A stretch of DNA of 64,000 nt. It comes from an uncultured Gammaproteobacteria bacterium. GTDB taxonomy: Bacteria > Patescibacteriota > Patescibacteriia > UBA2591 > UBA6264. The position numbers and the translations under genes were made by a program. The stretch covers positions 74,135 to 138,134 of the forward strand of contig CAZQVF010000001.1 in NCBI GenBank assembly GCA_964596735.1, given 5' to 3'. This document shows positions 21,157 to 29,022 of the stretch, in pieces. Positions within the stretch are counted from its first letter, which is position 1, and each line of letters begins with the position of its first letter. The notes under the pieces were generated by a model, which saw only the letters and a program-made list of their open reading frames with translations, searched no databases and was not told the origin of the DNA.

Positions 21157-21387
21157 ATGCCTGATCGTGAAAAAATCTCAAAGGATTTTTTAACTGCCGA
21201 AGGCGTCGTTGAGGAGCTATTCCCCTCAGCTAGCTTTCGCGTAAGACTAGAAAATGGAAAAGACATTTTAGCTCACCTTTCTGGAAAGATGAGAATACAT
21301 CGCATTAAAATTTCGCCAGGTGATCGAGTAAAATTAGAGATGAGTCCTTATGATTTGACCAAAGGCAGGATTGTTTATCGTTTCTAA
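21157..21387 (+). CDS. infA: translation initiation factor IF-1
   Basis: [53 protein letters not shown]. Confidence 0.95.
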   Translation: MPDREKISKDFLTAEGVVEELFPSASFRVRLENGKDILAHLSGKMRIHRIKISPGDRVKLEMSPYDLTKGRIVYRF

Positions 21388-21398
21388 ACCATTAAGTT

Positions 21399-21512
21399 AT
21401 GAAGGTAAGAGCGTCAGTTAAAAAGATTTGTCGTTCGTGTAAAGTTATTCGACGCGGCAAAAAGCTTCGCGTTATTTGCAAGAACCCTAAACATAAACAA
21501 AGACAAGGATAA
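21399..21512 (+). CDS. rpmJ: 50S ribosomal protein L36
   Basis: Translates to [37 protein letters not shown]; absent from the ORF track (<60 aa); sits between infA and rpsM as expected. Confidence 0.85.
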   Translation: MKVRASVKKICRSCKVIRRGKKLRVICKNPKHKQRQG

Positions 21513-21545
21513 TCGCGCTTTTGCGCGTAATTTTAACTTATAAAT

Positions 21546-21935
21546 ATGGCAAGAATTGTTGGTGTTAATTTACCCTCTAATAAAAGAACAGAAATAGGCT
21601 TAACCTATATTTTTGGCATTGGTCGCAACACCTCAAATAAGATTTTAAAACAAACTAAGATTAATCCAGACAAACGGGTTAAAGATCTAACCACTTCAGA
21701 AATTGAACAATTAAGAAAGATTATAGAAAACAAGTATCGGACAGAAGGAACTTTAAAAAGAGATATTTCCAGTAATATTAAGCGGTTAAAAGAGATTGGC
21801 TGTTATCGCGGTTTGCGACATAGTCTTCGTTTGCCTGTTAGGGGACAGCGAACAAAAACAAACAGTAGAACCATTAGGGGTAATGTCCGTCGAACCATGG
21901 GTAGTGGGCGCCGGGCCGCAGCCAAAAAGACATAG
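21546..21935 (+). CDS. rpsM: 30S ribosomal protein S13
   Basis: [26 protein letters not shown]. Confidence 0.95.
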   Translation: MARIVGVNLPSNKRTEIGLTYIFGIGRNTSNKILKQTKINPDKRVKDLTTSEIEQLRKIIENKYRTEGTLKRDISSNIKRLKEIGCYRGLRHSLRLPVRGQRTKTNSRTIRGNVRRTMGSGRRAAAKKT

Positions 21936-21945
21936 AAATTAGTTT

Positions 21946-22326
21946 ATGGTAAAAAAGAAGAAATCTAAAATAATTAAAAACGTTCCTCGAGGCCATGCCT
22001 ATATTAAGGCTACCTATAACAATACAATCGTTACCTTAACTGATCCATCTGGCAATGTTTTGGCTTGGGCCAGCGCTGGTAAATTGGGGTTTAAAGGCCC
22101 TAAAAAGGCTACCCCTTATGCCGCAAGCGTTATTGTCAGGGATGTTGTTGAAAGGAGCAAAGAAACAGGACTAAAAGAGGTCCAAGTTTTTATTAAAGGC
22201 GTGGGTATGGGTCGAGAATCAGCGGTCAGATCACTTTATTCTAATGGTCTGAATATTTTGTCTATTAAAGATGTTACCCCATTACCCCACAATGGTTGTC
22301 GCCCCAGAAAGGCAAGAAGAGTTTAA
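21946..22326 (+). CDS. rpsK: 30S ribosomal protein S11
   Basis: [30 protein letters not shown]. Confidence 0.95.
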   Translation: MVKKKKSKIIKNVPRGHAYIKATYNNTIVTLTDPSGNVLAWASAGKLGFKGPKKATPYAASVIVRDVVERSKETGLKEVQVFIKGVGMGRESAVRSLYSNGLNILSIKDVTPLPHNGCRPRKARRV

Positions 22327-22335
22327 TTAAATCTT

Positions 22336-22962
22336 ATGTTAACTAGTCCCCAATGTAAAATTTGTCGTCGAGAAGGTAAAAAACTTTTTTTAAAAGGGGA
22401 TCGTTGTAATTCTCAAAAATGTGTTTTAATTAAGAAAAAATATCCACCAGGAGCACACGGACCTAAGGGGTATGGTCGCATATCAGATTACGGCCGCCAA
22501 TTAAGAGAAAAACAGAAATTAAGACGTTCTTATTATGTTTCAGAGAAACAATTTAAAAATTATTTTACCAAGGCCAAACAAGCAGAGGGGAACACAGAAG
22601 AGAACTTTTTAAGACTCTTAGAAAAAAGACTAGACAATGTTGTTTATCGGGCAGGTTTTGCCAGTTCTCGTAGACAAGCCCGACAACTTATCAGTCACGG
22701 CAATATTTTGGTTAATGGACGGCGAGTTGATGTCCCGTCTTATCAAGTGACAACAGGGGATGCTATTCAACCTAAAGACAAAAAAGCGATTATAGGAAAG
22801 GTAAAAGAAAAAATAGGGCAGGTTAAAGATAAAGACACCCTGCCAGCCTGGACTAGCCTAGATAAGAAAAAACTTGAAATCAAGATTTTAAAAGATCCCG
22901 CTCCAGAGGACCTACCTCAGACATTTGAAACAGAGTTAATTATTGGTTTTTATAGTCGATAA
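22336..22962 (+). CDS. rpsD: 30S ribosomal protein S4
   Basis: CKICRREGKKLFLKGDRC zinc ribbon; S4 domain. Confidence 0.95.
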   Translation: MLTSPQCKICRREGKKLFLKGDRCNSQKCVLIKKKYPPGAHGPKGYGRISDYGRQLREKQKLRRSYYVSEKQFKNYFTKAKQAEGNTEENFLRLLEKRLDNVVYRAGFASSRRQARQLISHGNILVNGRRVDVPSYQVTTGDAIQPKDKKAIIGKVKEKIGQVKDKDTLPAWTSLDKKKLEIKILKDPAPEDLPQTFETELIIGFYSR

Positions 22963-22995
22963 TATATTTAATATTTTATTTTAATATAGTATTTT

Positions 22996-23880
22996 ATGGA
23001 GAATTTTTTACCAACAAAAGTTGAATCTCAACTAGATCCTAAAAATAAGAATAAAGGTCAAATTTTTATTGAACCCTGTTGGCCAGGCTATGGTATTACC
23101 TGGGGCAATGCTCTAAGAAGAGTTTTGTTAACTTCTTTATCAGGAGCAGCCGTAACAGCCGTAAAGATAAAAGGAGTCAAGTATGAATTTTCTACATTAG
23201 AAGGAGTTAAAGAAGATGTTTTAGAAATTATTTTAAATCTAAAATCTCTTCGTTTAAAAATTCTTGCTGAAAAAGACGAATCCATTAAACTAAGCTTAAA
23301 GGTAGGTGGAGAGAAAAAGATTAAAGCAGGTAGTATTGAAAAATCATCAGAGGTGGAAATAGTTAACCCTGATTTATTAATTGCCACCTTAACAGACAAG
23401 AAAGTCAAGTTGGAAATGGATATTTGGGTGGCTAAGGGATATGGTTGGGTTGCTTCAGAAGAAAAATCGCGAGCGGGTTTAGAAATCGGTACAATTGTTA
23501 CCGATTCAATTTTTAGTCCGGTTTTAAATGTTTCTGTCAATGTAGAAAATATGAGAGTAGGAAAAAAAACAGATTTTGACAAGATTGTTCTAGGAATTGA
23601 AACTGACGGCAGTATTTCACCAATCCAGGCATTTTTAAAGGCCAGTCAATTATTAAAGGAACAATTTGACAGTCTATTAAATTTAGGAGAAAAAATTGCT
23701 AAAAAAGCAGTAAAGAAAAAAGTTAAAAAACCAGTCAAAAAAGCAGTAAAGAAAAAAGTTAAAAAACCAGTCAAAAAAGCAGTAAATAAAAAAGTTAAAA
23801 AGGCGGTTAAAAAACCAGTCAAAAAAGCAGTAAAGAAAAAGGTTAAAAAGAAAACAGCCAAGAAAAAGACTAAAAAATAA
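22996..23880 (+). CDS. rpoA: DNA-directed RNA polymerase alpha subunit (N-terminal domain only; lysine-rich repeat tail in place of the alpha-CTD)
   Basis: N-terminal dimerisation domain (GYGITWGNALRRVLLTSLSGAAVTAVKIKGVKYEFSTLEGVKEDVLEIILNLK). The C-terminus is AVKKKVKKPVKK 12-aa repeats with no recognisable helix-hairpin-helix alpha-CTD. Confidence 0.85.
   Translation: MENFLPTKVESQLDPKNKNKGQIFIEPCWPGYGITWGNALRRVLLTSLSGAAVTAVKIKGVKYEFSTLEGVKEDVLEIILNLKSLRLKILAEKDESIKLSLKVGGEKKIKAGSIEKSSEVEIVNPDLLIATLTDKKVKLEMDIWVAKGYGWVASEEKSRAGLEIGTIVTDSIFSPVLNVSVNVENMRVGKKTDFDKIVLGIETDGSISPIQAFLKASQLLKEQFDSLLNLGEKIAKKAVKKKVKKPVKKAVKKKVKKPVKKAVNKKVKKAVKKPVKKAVKKKVKKKTAKKKTKK
23707..23850 (+). repeat. 36-nt coding tandem repeat (about 4 copies) encoding AVKKKVKKPVKK
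   Basis: GCAGTAAAGAAAAAAGTTAAAAAACCAGTCAAAAAA repeated in tandem inside the rpoA 3' end. Confidence 0.7.
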
Positions 23881-23885
23881 TTTCT

Positions 23886-24236
23886 ATGCGACACAGAAAA
23901 AAGGGGAAAAGTTTAGGTCGTAAAGTTGGCCCGCGAAAAGCATTGCTTAAAGGGTTGGCTTTGAGTTTTGTTTTGCACGAGAAGATTAAGACGACTGAAG
24001 CCAAGGCCAAAGCGGTAAAGCCAATTATTGAACATTTAATTACGCGAGCCAAAGAGAATAATCTAAATAATTATCGTCGAATAAATTCATATTTACAGAG
24101 TCGAGAGGCCACTAAAAAAATGCTTGAAGAAATTGGGCCAAAATACAAGGATCGCCCAGGTGGTTATTGCCGTATTGTTAAATTAGGACCAAGAAAAGGG
24201 GATATGGCTCAAATGGTTATTTTAGAATTAGTTTAA
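23886..24236 (+). CDS. rplQ: 50S ribosomal protein L17
   Basis: MRHRKKGKSLGRKVGPRKALL...; position after rpoA. Confidence 0.9.
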   Translation: MRHRKKGKSLGRKVGPRKALLKGLALSFVLHEKIKTTEAKAKAVKPIIEHLITRAKENNLNNYRRINSYLQSREATKKMLEEIGPKYKDRPGGYCRIVKLGPRKGDMAQMVILELV

Positions 24237-24266
24237 AATATGTAATATTTTAGAATTAGTTTAAAT

Positions 24267-24623
24267 ATGTTGAAAATTGACAGAAAAACACATACTATTG
24301 ATGCCACAGATCAGGTTTTAGGCCGTTTAGCTACACAAATAGCCACTCTTTTGATTGGCAAAGGAAAAGAAAGCTATCGACCAAATATTGACAATGGAGA
24401 TATTGTCATAGTCAAGAACACAAAAAAGATGAAGATTACAGGAAAGAAATTAGACCAAAAGCTCTATTATCACCACAGCGGTTATCCAGGCGGTTTAAAA
24501 ACAAAAAAAATGGGAGATGTTTTCAAAAGCGACCCAAATCAAGTTTTACACAAAGCAGTTTCTAATATGTTACCCAAGAATAAGCTAAGAAAACCAAGGA
24601 TTAAAAGACTAAGATTTATTTGA
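24267..24623 (+). CDS. rplM: 50S ribosomal protein L13
   Basis: THTIDATDQVLGRLATQIATLLIGKGK...YYHHSGYPGGLK. Confidence 0.9.
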   Translation: MLKIDRKTHTIDATDQVLGRLATQIATLLIGKGKESYRPNIDNGDIVIVKNTKKMKITGKKLDQKLYYHHSGYPGGLKTKKMGDVFKSDPNQVLHKAVSNMLPKNKLRKPRIKRLRFI

Positions 24624-24651
24624 TTAACAATAAATATTTTTAATAAATAAG

Positions 24652-24680
24652 GCCCTGGTTGTTCCAGGGCTTATTTTTTG
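24652..24680 (+). terminator. rho-independent terminator
   Basis: GCCCTGG-ttgtt-CCAGGGC hairpin followed by TTATTTTTTG. Confidence 0.7.
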
Positions 24681-24723
24681 TCGCCTCCTTATTAACGTTT
24701 ATTCAACCCCTGTTTTGTAATTA

Positions 24724-24984
24724 TTAGCTTTGTCTTCCAAACAAAAATGTTTTGACTGGAAAAACGAAGCAGATGAGGCCGAATAAGACCAACATTATGC
24801 CAGAAGTTAACTGCAGTGGTTGGTTCAAAGAGAGGGTGATTCTATTACTAAAGACCAGTACTGCGAGAACAAAGAGGCCTACCGCCATTAATAGATTCCA
24901 AATGGTGATATGCTGGGGAAATGTTATCTTCATTAGGTTTTTTCTCCATATTGTTAATGAAATTTGATATTGATATTGTAGCAA
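24724..24984 (-). CDS. hypothetical small membrane protein (uncertain; overlaps a + strand 71-aa ORF)
   Basis: Two hydrophobic helices (LLMAVGLFVLAVLVF; IMLVLFGLICFVF); the strand choice is ambiguous. Confidence 0.25.
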   Translation of the reverse strand: MLQYQYQISLTIWRKNLMKITFPQHITIWNLLMAVGLFVLAVLVFSNRITLSLNQPLQLTSGIMLVLFGLICFVFPVKTFLFGRQS

Positions 24985-25059
24985 GTTTTTATTTCTTTGT
25001 CAAGTTAAAGGAGTTTTAATTGTTGTTTTAATATTTTAAAAATGTTAATATAGATTTAT

Positions 25060-25554
25060 ATGTCTGGGTTAAAAATTAGAAAATATGGCGATCCTGTTTT
25101 ACGAGTTAAATGTGAAGAAGTAAAAGAAATTAACGATGAGGTGCGGGATTTTGCTCAAAAAATGTTAAGGACCCTGCATCGAGACGAGGGCATTGGTTTG
25201 GCCGCTCCGCAAGTCGGGGACAAGCGGAGGATTATTGTTGTTGATATTGGTCATGGCTCGTTTAGTCTGATTAATCCAAAAATTATTGAAAAATCAGATA
25301 AAACGGCTAGTGAATTCGAAGGGTGTTTAAGTTTGCCAGGAATTAATTTAAGAATAAAAAGACCTCAAACTGTTGAAATAGAGGGGTATTTGTTGGAAAG
25401 AAAACAAAATGTTAGAATTAAAGCAGAAGATTTATTAGCCCGTGATCTTCAGCATGAGATAGATCATCTTGATGGAGTTTTAATTGTTGATAAAGTGCCC
25501 CTTTTTAAAAGACTAAAAGCGATCAAAAAATTAAAGAAGAAGCTGCGGGAGTAG
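25060..25554 (+). CDS. def: peptide deformylase
   Basis: GIGLAAPQVG, EGCLSLPG, HEIDHLDG motifs. Confidence 0.95.
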   Translation: MSGLKIRKYGDPVLRVKCEEVKEINDEVRDFAQKMLRTLHRDEGIGLAAPQVGDKRRIIVVDIGHGSFSLINPKIIEKSDKTASEFEGCLSLPGINLRIKRPQTVEIEGYLLERKQNVRIKAEDLLARDLQHEIDHLDGVLIVDKVPLFKRLKAIKKLKKKLRE

Positions 25555-25616
25555 TTCAGTGGTAGAATGTCTGCTTCCCAAGCAGAAGATCGCGGGTTCG
25601 ATCCCCGTCTCCCGCT
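25545..25616 (+). tRNA. tRNA-Gly (anticodon CCC)
   Basis: GCGGGAG/CTCCCGC acceptor stem, D-loop AGTTCAGTGGTAGAAT, anticodon loop TTCCCAA, T-arm GGTTCGATCC; the 5' end overlaps the last def codons. Confidence 0.8.
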
Positions 25617-25620
25617 TTTT

Positions 25621-25694
25621 GCCAGCGTAGCTCAGTTGGTTAGAGCGCCGCTCTCGTAAAGCGGAGGTCCTGAGTTCGACCCTCAGCGCTGGCT
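25621..25694 (+). tRNA. tRNA-Thr (anticodon CGT)
   Basis: GCCAGCG/CGCTGGC acceptor, TAGCTCAGTTGGTTAGAGC D-arm, anticodon loop CTCGTAA, T-arm GAGTTCGACCCTC. Confidence 0.8.
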
Positions 25695-25707
25695 AATTTA
25701 TAAATCT

Positions 25708-26391
25708 ATGATTAAATTTGTTAATGTTACTAAACGTTACTCAGCTGATGTTTTTGCCTTACGTCAGGTCGGTTTTCATATTAGATCCAAGGAATTTGTT
25801 TCTATAGTTGGTCAGTCAGGGGCAGGCAAGAGTACTGTTCTTAAACTATTGACCGCAGAGGAAAGACCCACCTCGGGTAAAATTGTTATTGGTGGTTGGG
25901 ACATCACAGACATTAAACCAAAAGAAGTCCCTGCTTTACGAAGACAAATTGGTGTAGTTTTTCAAGATTTTAAATTATTAGAAAAAAAGACAGTGGCAGA
26001 AAATGTCGCCTTTGCATTAGAGGTGATTAATACTCAAAGAAAAAAAATAAAGCCGGCCGTTAATCAGGTTTTAAAGATTGTTGGCTTGGAAAATAGAATA
26101 AATTATTTTCCCCAACAACTTTCAGCTGGTGAAGCGCAAAGAGTAGTAGTTGCCAGAGCCCTGGTTCCCCGACCTAAAATATTGATAGCCGACGAGCCAA
26201 CAGGCAATCTTGACCCAATTACCACCAGAGACATTGTTGAGTTGCTAGATAAGATTAATGAATACGGGACCACTGTCCTTTTGGTTACTCATAATCGAGA
26301 GATAGTTAATTTTTTAAGAAAAAGAGTAATCACTCTTGACCAAGGAATTATCATCGGCGATCAAATGAATGAAGGGCGTTATGTTATATAA
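25708..26391 (+). CDS. ftsE: ABC-type ATPase, FtsE-like
   Basis: MIKFVNVTKRY...GQSGAGKST Walker A, LSAGEAQRV signature, ILIADEPTGNLD Walker B; no adjacent ftsX permease. Confidence 0.55.
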   Translation: MIKFVNVTKRYSADVFALRQVGFHIRSKEFVSIVGQSGAGKSTVLKLLTAEERPTSGKIVIGGWDITDIKPKEVPALRRQIGVVFQDFKLLEKKTVAENVAFALEVINTQRKKIKPAVNQVLKIVGLENRINYFPQQLSAGEAQRVVVARALVPRPKILIADEPTGNLDPITTRDIVELLDKINEYGTTVLLVTHNREIVNFLRKRVITLDQGIIIGDQMNEGRYVI

Positions 26392-26782
26392 GATTTTAGA
26401 ACATTCAGCTGATTTTAAAATTCAGGCAAGAGCAAAGACTTTGCCTGATCTTTTTTCCAATTTTCTTAAAGCAATAGCTGAATTTTGTCAGCCAGAAATT
26501 GATCAAGCATCACCTTTAATTAGTCATCAAATTCAAATCAAAACAAATAATTTAGAATCTTTATTAATAGATTTTTTATCAGAAGTTATTTATTTAATGG
26601 ATGTGAACAAAGAAGTTTATACTCAGGCTGACTTGGTGATTAAAGACAAAGAGTTGAAAGGAGAAATCAAGGGGCAGAAAGTTAAAAGATTTCAAACTGA
26701 GATTAAGGCAGCCACTTGGCATGATTTAGAAATTAAAAAAATTAATAATCAATGGCAAGCCATTGTTTTATTTGATGTTTAA
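26369..26782 (+). CDS. archease (RtcB activator)
   Basis: N-terminal YKILEHSADFKIQA (EHTAD-type archease signature); immediately upstream of and overlapping rtcB. Confidence 0.7.
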   Translation: MKGVMLYKILEHSADFKIQARAKTLPDLFSNFLKAIAEFCQPEIDQASPLISHQIQIKTNNLESLLIDFLSEVIYLMDVNKEVYTQADLVIKDKELKGEIKGQKVKRFQTEIKAATWHDLEIKKINNQWQAIVLFDV

Positions 26783-28235
26783 ATATATGTTAAATAAACA
26801 AGACCTAAAAAAAATAAATGATTATCTCTATGAGATTCCTAAATCTTTTCGGGCTGATATGCGAGTGCCATGTCGAGTTTACGCTGATGAAAAAATATTG
26901 GAACAGATCCTTAAAGACCGATCTTTAGAACAATTAGTTAATGTGGCCACTTTGCCAGGAATTGTTAGATACGCTTTAGCTATGCCGGATTGTCATGAGG
27001 GATATGCTAGTCCTATTGGTGGGGTAGCCGCTATTAATGTTGAAAATGGCATTGTTTCTCCAGGAATGCAAGGATATGATATCAATTGCGGCATGAAATT
27101 ATTAAAATCTAATTTTTTACAGAAAGACATTAAACCTTATTTAGAAAGTTTAGCTCTTGAAATTCAAAAACAAGTTCCTTCCGGGCTTGGTCAAGGAAGA
27201 CAGACCAAATTAGATATCGCCAGCATAGATAAAATTTTACAACAAGGAGCTCAAATATTAGTTGAACAGGGTTATGGTGAAAAACAAGACATTGAAAATT
27301 GTGAAGCAAACGGAAGATTAGACTGGGCTGATGATTCAGCTGTTTCTTTTCGGGCTAAAAATCGTGGCCGAAGCCAAGTCGGAACCCTCGGCTCAGGGAA
27401 TCATTTCTTAGAAATTCAAAAAGTTGAGGAAATTTTTGACGAAAAAGTAGCCCAAGCTTTTGGGCTATTTAAAGATCAGGTTATTCTAATGATTCACTGC
27501 GGTTCGCGTGGTTTAGGACATCAGATTTGCAGCGATTATTTAAAGGAATTTATTCCTTTAATGGAGAATAAGTATAAGATAAAGACACCTGATAAAGAGT
27601 TTGCCTGCGTTCCTTTTAAGTCTTCAGAAGGACAAAGAGCTTTAGCCGCTTCTGCCTGTGCGGCTAATTATGCCTGGGCCAACAGGCAGATGATAACTCA
27701 CTTTATTAGAAAAGCATGGAAAACTGTTTTAGGAAAACAAGCCTCTGATCTTGTTTGTCTTTATGATGTCGCTCATAATATTATTAAAAAGGAGAAATAT
27801 GTTATTGACGGCAGAGAAATTGAAGTAGCTGTTCATCGTAAAGGAGCGACTCGAGCATTTCCTCCAAATCATCCTGAACTTCCTCCTGTCTACCATCAGG
27901 TTGGCCAACCTGTTCTTATTCCCGGAAGCATGGGCACAGCTTCTTACATTTTAGCGGGGACAGAAAAAGGCAAGGAGAGTTTTTATTCTGTTAATCACGG
28001 AGCAGGCAGGTCAATGTCTCGCCACGCAGCGATCAGAAGCATTCGAGGAGATGATGTGGTAAGGAAATTAAAGCAAAAAGGAATTTTGGTCAAATGTCGG
28101 TCAATGAGAGGTATTGCCGAGGAAGCCCCCATGGCTTATAAAGATGTTGATCAAGTAGTTAATATTGTTGATCAGGCAGGTTTGGCCAAGAAAGTGGTTA
28201 GGTTAGTACCCTTGGCCGTAATCAAGGGTGAATAA
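26763..28235 (+). CDS. rtcB: RNA-splicing ligase RtcB
   Basis: LPGIV..ALAMPDCHEGYASPIGGVAA, QGYDINCGMKLL, GSGNHFLEIQ, NHGAGRSMSR metal and active-site motifs. Confidence 0.9.
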   Translation: MFYLMFKYMLNKQDLKKINDYLYEIPKSFRADMRVPCRVYADEKILEQILKDRSLEQLVNVATLPGIVRYALAMPDCHEGYASPIGGVAAINVENGIVSPGMQGYDINCGMKLLKSNFLQKDIKPYLESLALEIQKQVPSGLGQGRQTKLDIASIDKILQQGAQILVEQGYGEKQDIENCEANGRLDWADDSAVSFRAKNRGRSQVGTLGSGNHFLEIQKVEEIFDEKVAQAFGLFKDQVILMIHCGSRGLGHQICSDYLKEFIPLMENKYKIKTPDKEFACVPFKSSEGQRALAASACAANYAWANRQMITHFIRKAWKTVLGKQASDLVCLYDVAHNIIKKEKYVIDGREIEVAVHRKGATRAFPPNHPELPPVYHQVGQPVLIPGSMGTASYILAGTEKGKESFYSVNHGAGRSMSRHAAIRSIRGDDVVRKLKQKGILVKCRSMRGIAEEAPMAYKDVDQVVNIVDQAGLAKKVVRLVPLAVIKGE

Positions 28236-28301
28236 ATTTCCCCTTGAACAATTTTTATAGTTAGTTATAATTAGAATACTTTAATTTCTATACAATAAAT
28301 A

Positions 28302-28326
28302 TTTAATTTCAAGCTTTGCTTATAAT
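28302..28326 (-). promoter_or_regulatory. inverted copy of the conserved CTTGAAATTAAA element
   Basis: The + strand reads TTTAATTTCAAGCTTTGCTTATAAT, the reverse complement of the AAGCTTGAAATTAAA core; 38 nt upstream of the + strand gene at 28364. Confidence 0.4.
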
Positions 28327-28363
28327 ATTAATAATTAATTAGTATAATAATTAAAATATTTAT

Positions 28364-28621
28364 ATGGCCGAAGAAAAACAAATTGGTAAAATTACTCATT
28401 ATTTTGGCAAAATAGGAGTAGGCGTTTTAGAACTTTCTAAGGGATTAAAAGTAGGAGAAACAATTAGAATTGTTGGTGGTGACAGAGATTTTACCCAAGA
28501 AGTTAGTTCAATGCAGATTGAACATGAAAATATTGAAGCAGCAAAAAAGGGAGAGGCTATTGGCTTAAAACTGGATGAATTAGCTAAACCAGGAGATCTT
28601 GTTTATAAGGTAGTAGAATAA
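28364..28621 (+). CDS. hypothetical small protein (possibly a beta-barrel, EF-Tu domain-2-like)
   Basis: 85-aa ORF with GKIGVGVLEL...GETIRIVGG pattern; preceded by an AT-rich region containing the conserved element. Confidence 0.4.
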   Translation: MAEEKQIGKITHYFGKIGVGVLELSKGLKVGETIRIVGGDRDFTQEVSSMQIEHENIEAAKKGEAIGLKLDELAKPGDLVYKVVE

Positions 28622-28674
28622 ATTTTTATTAAAAATAGATTCTTTTTTTGGAGGAATTGTTTAGTTGTGTTTAA

Positions 28675-28896
28675 ATGAAAGAGAAAATTTCAGATAAGAT
28701 TTTAATTTCTAAACAAAAGCTGGTAATTATCGGACTATTGATTATTGTTTTCAACCCCTTACCAGCCGGTTTGATTTATAGTTTTCTTCTTTGGCGGTTA
28801 CCAGCCACTAAAAAAGACGGCAAATTAATGATGATTTTTTCATTGATTTGGGGGGCGATTTCTCTAGCTTTGGTTCAAAGATATATTGCCTATTAA
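28675..28896 (+). CDS. hypothetical small membrane protein
   Basis: Two hydrophobic helices; 73 aa. Confidence 0.35.
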   Translation: MKEKISDKILISKQKLVIIGLLIIVFNPLPAGLIYSFLLWRLPATKKDGKLMMIFSLIWGAISLALVQRYIAY

Positions 28897-28944
28897 ATTC
28901 CGCTTAAAATTAAAGGAAACGGCTTAACAGGGCCGAATTTTTTA

Positions 28945-28973
28945 TTTGACAAAACCAAAAAAATCTGCTATAC
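28945..28973 (+). promoter_or_regulatory. sigma70-type promoter (TTGACA-N17-TATACT)
   Basis: Exact TTGACA, a 17-nt spacer, then TATACT, about 50 nt upstream of the 29023 ATG; AAGGAG SD 7 nt before that ATG. Confidence 0.6.
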
Positions 28974-29022
28974 TATTTTTAATTAAGATAAATAATCATT
29001 AAAGATTAGAAAAGGAGTTATC

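Noticed and set aside
23700-23860. Tandem 36-nt direct repeats that could be mistaken for a CRISPR or minisatellite array
   Set aside because: The repeats are in-frame coding sequence of the rpoA C-terminus (AVKKKVKKPVKK units). They are contiguous with no spacers and no repeat-spacer periodicity.
23646-23894. 82-aa minus-strand ORF full of FLT/FFT repeats
   Set aside because: It is the antisense reading of the lysine-codon (AAA/AAG) repeat tail of rpoA. It is a repeat artefact, not a gene.
24752-24967. 71-aa + strand ORF overlapping the 24724-24984 minus ORF
   Set aside because: Neither frame has supporting signals. The minus frame at least shows TM-helix character, so only that one is listed, at low confidence.
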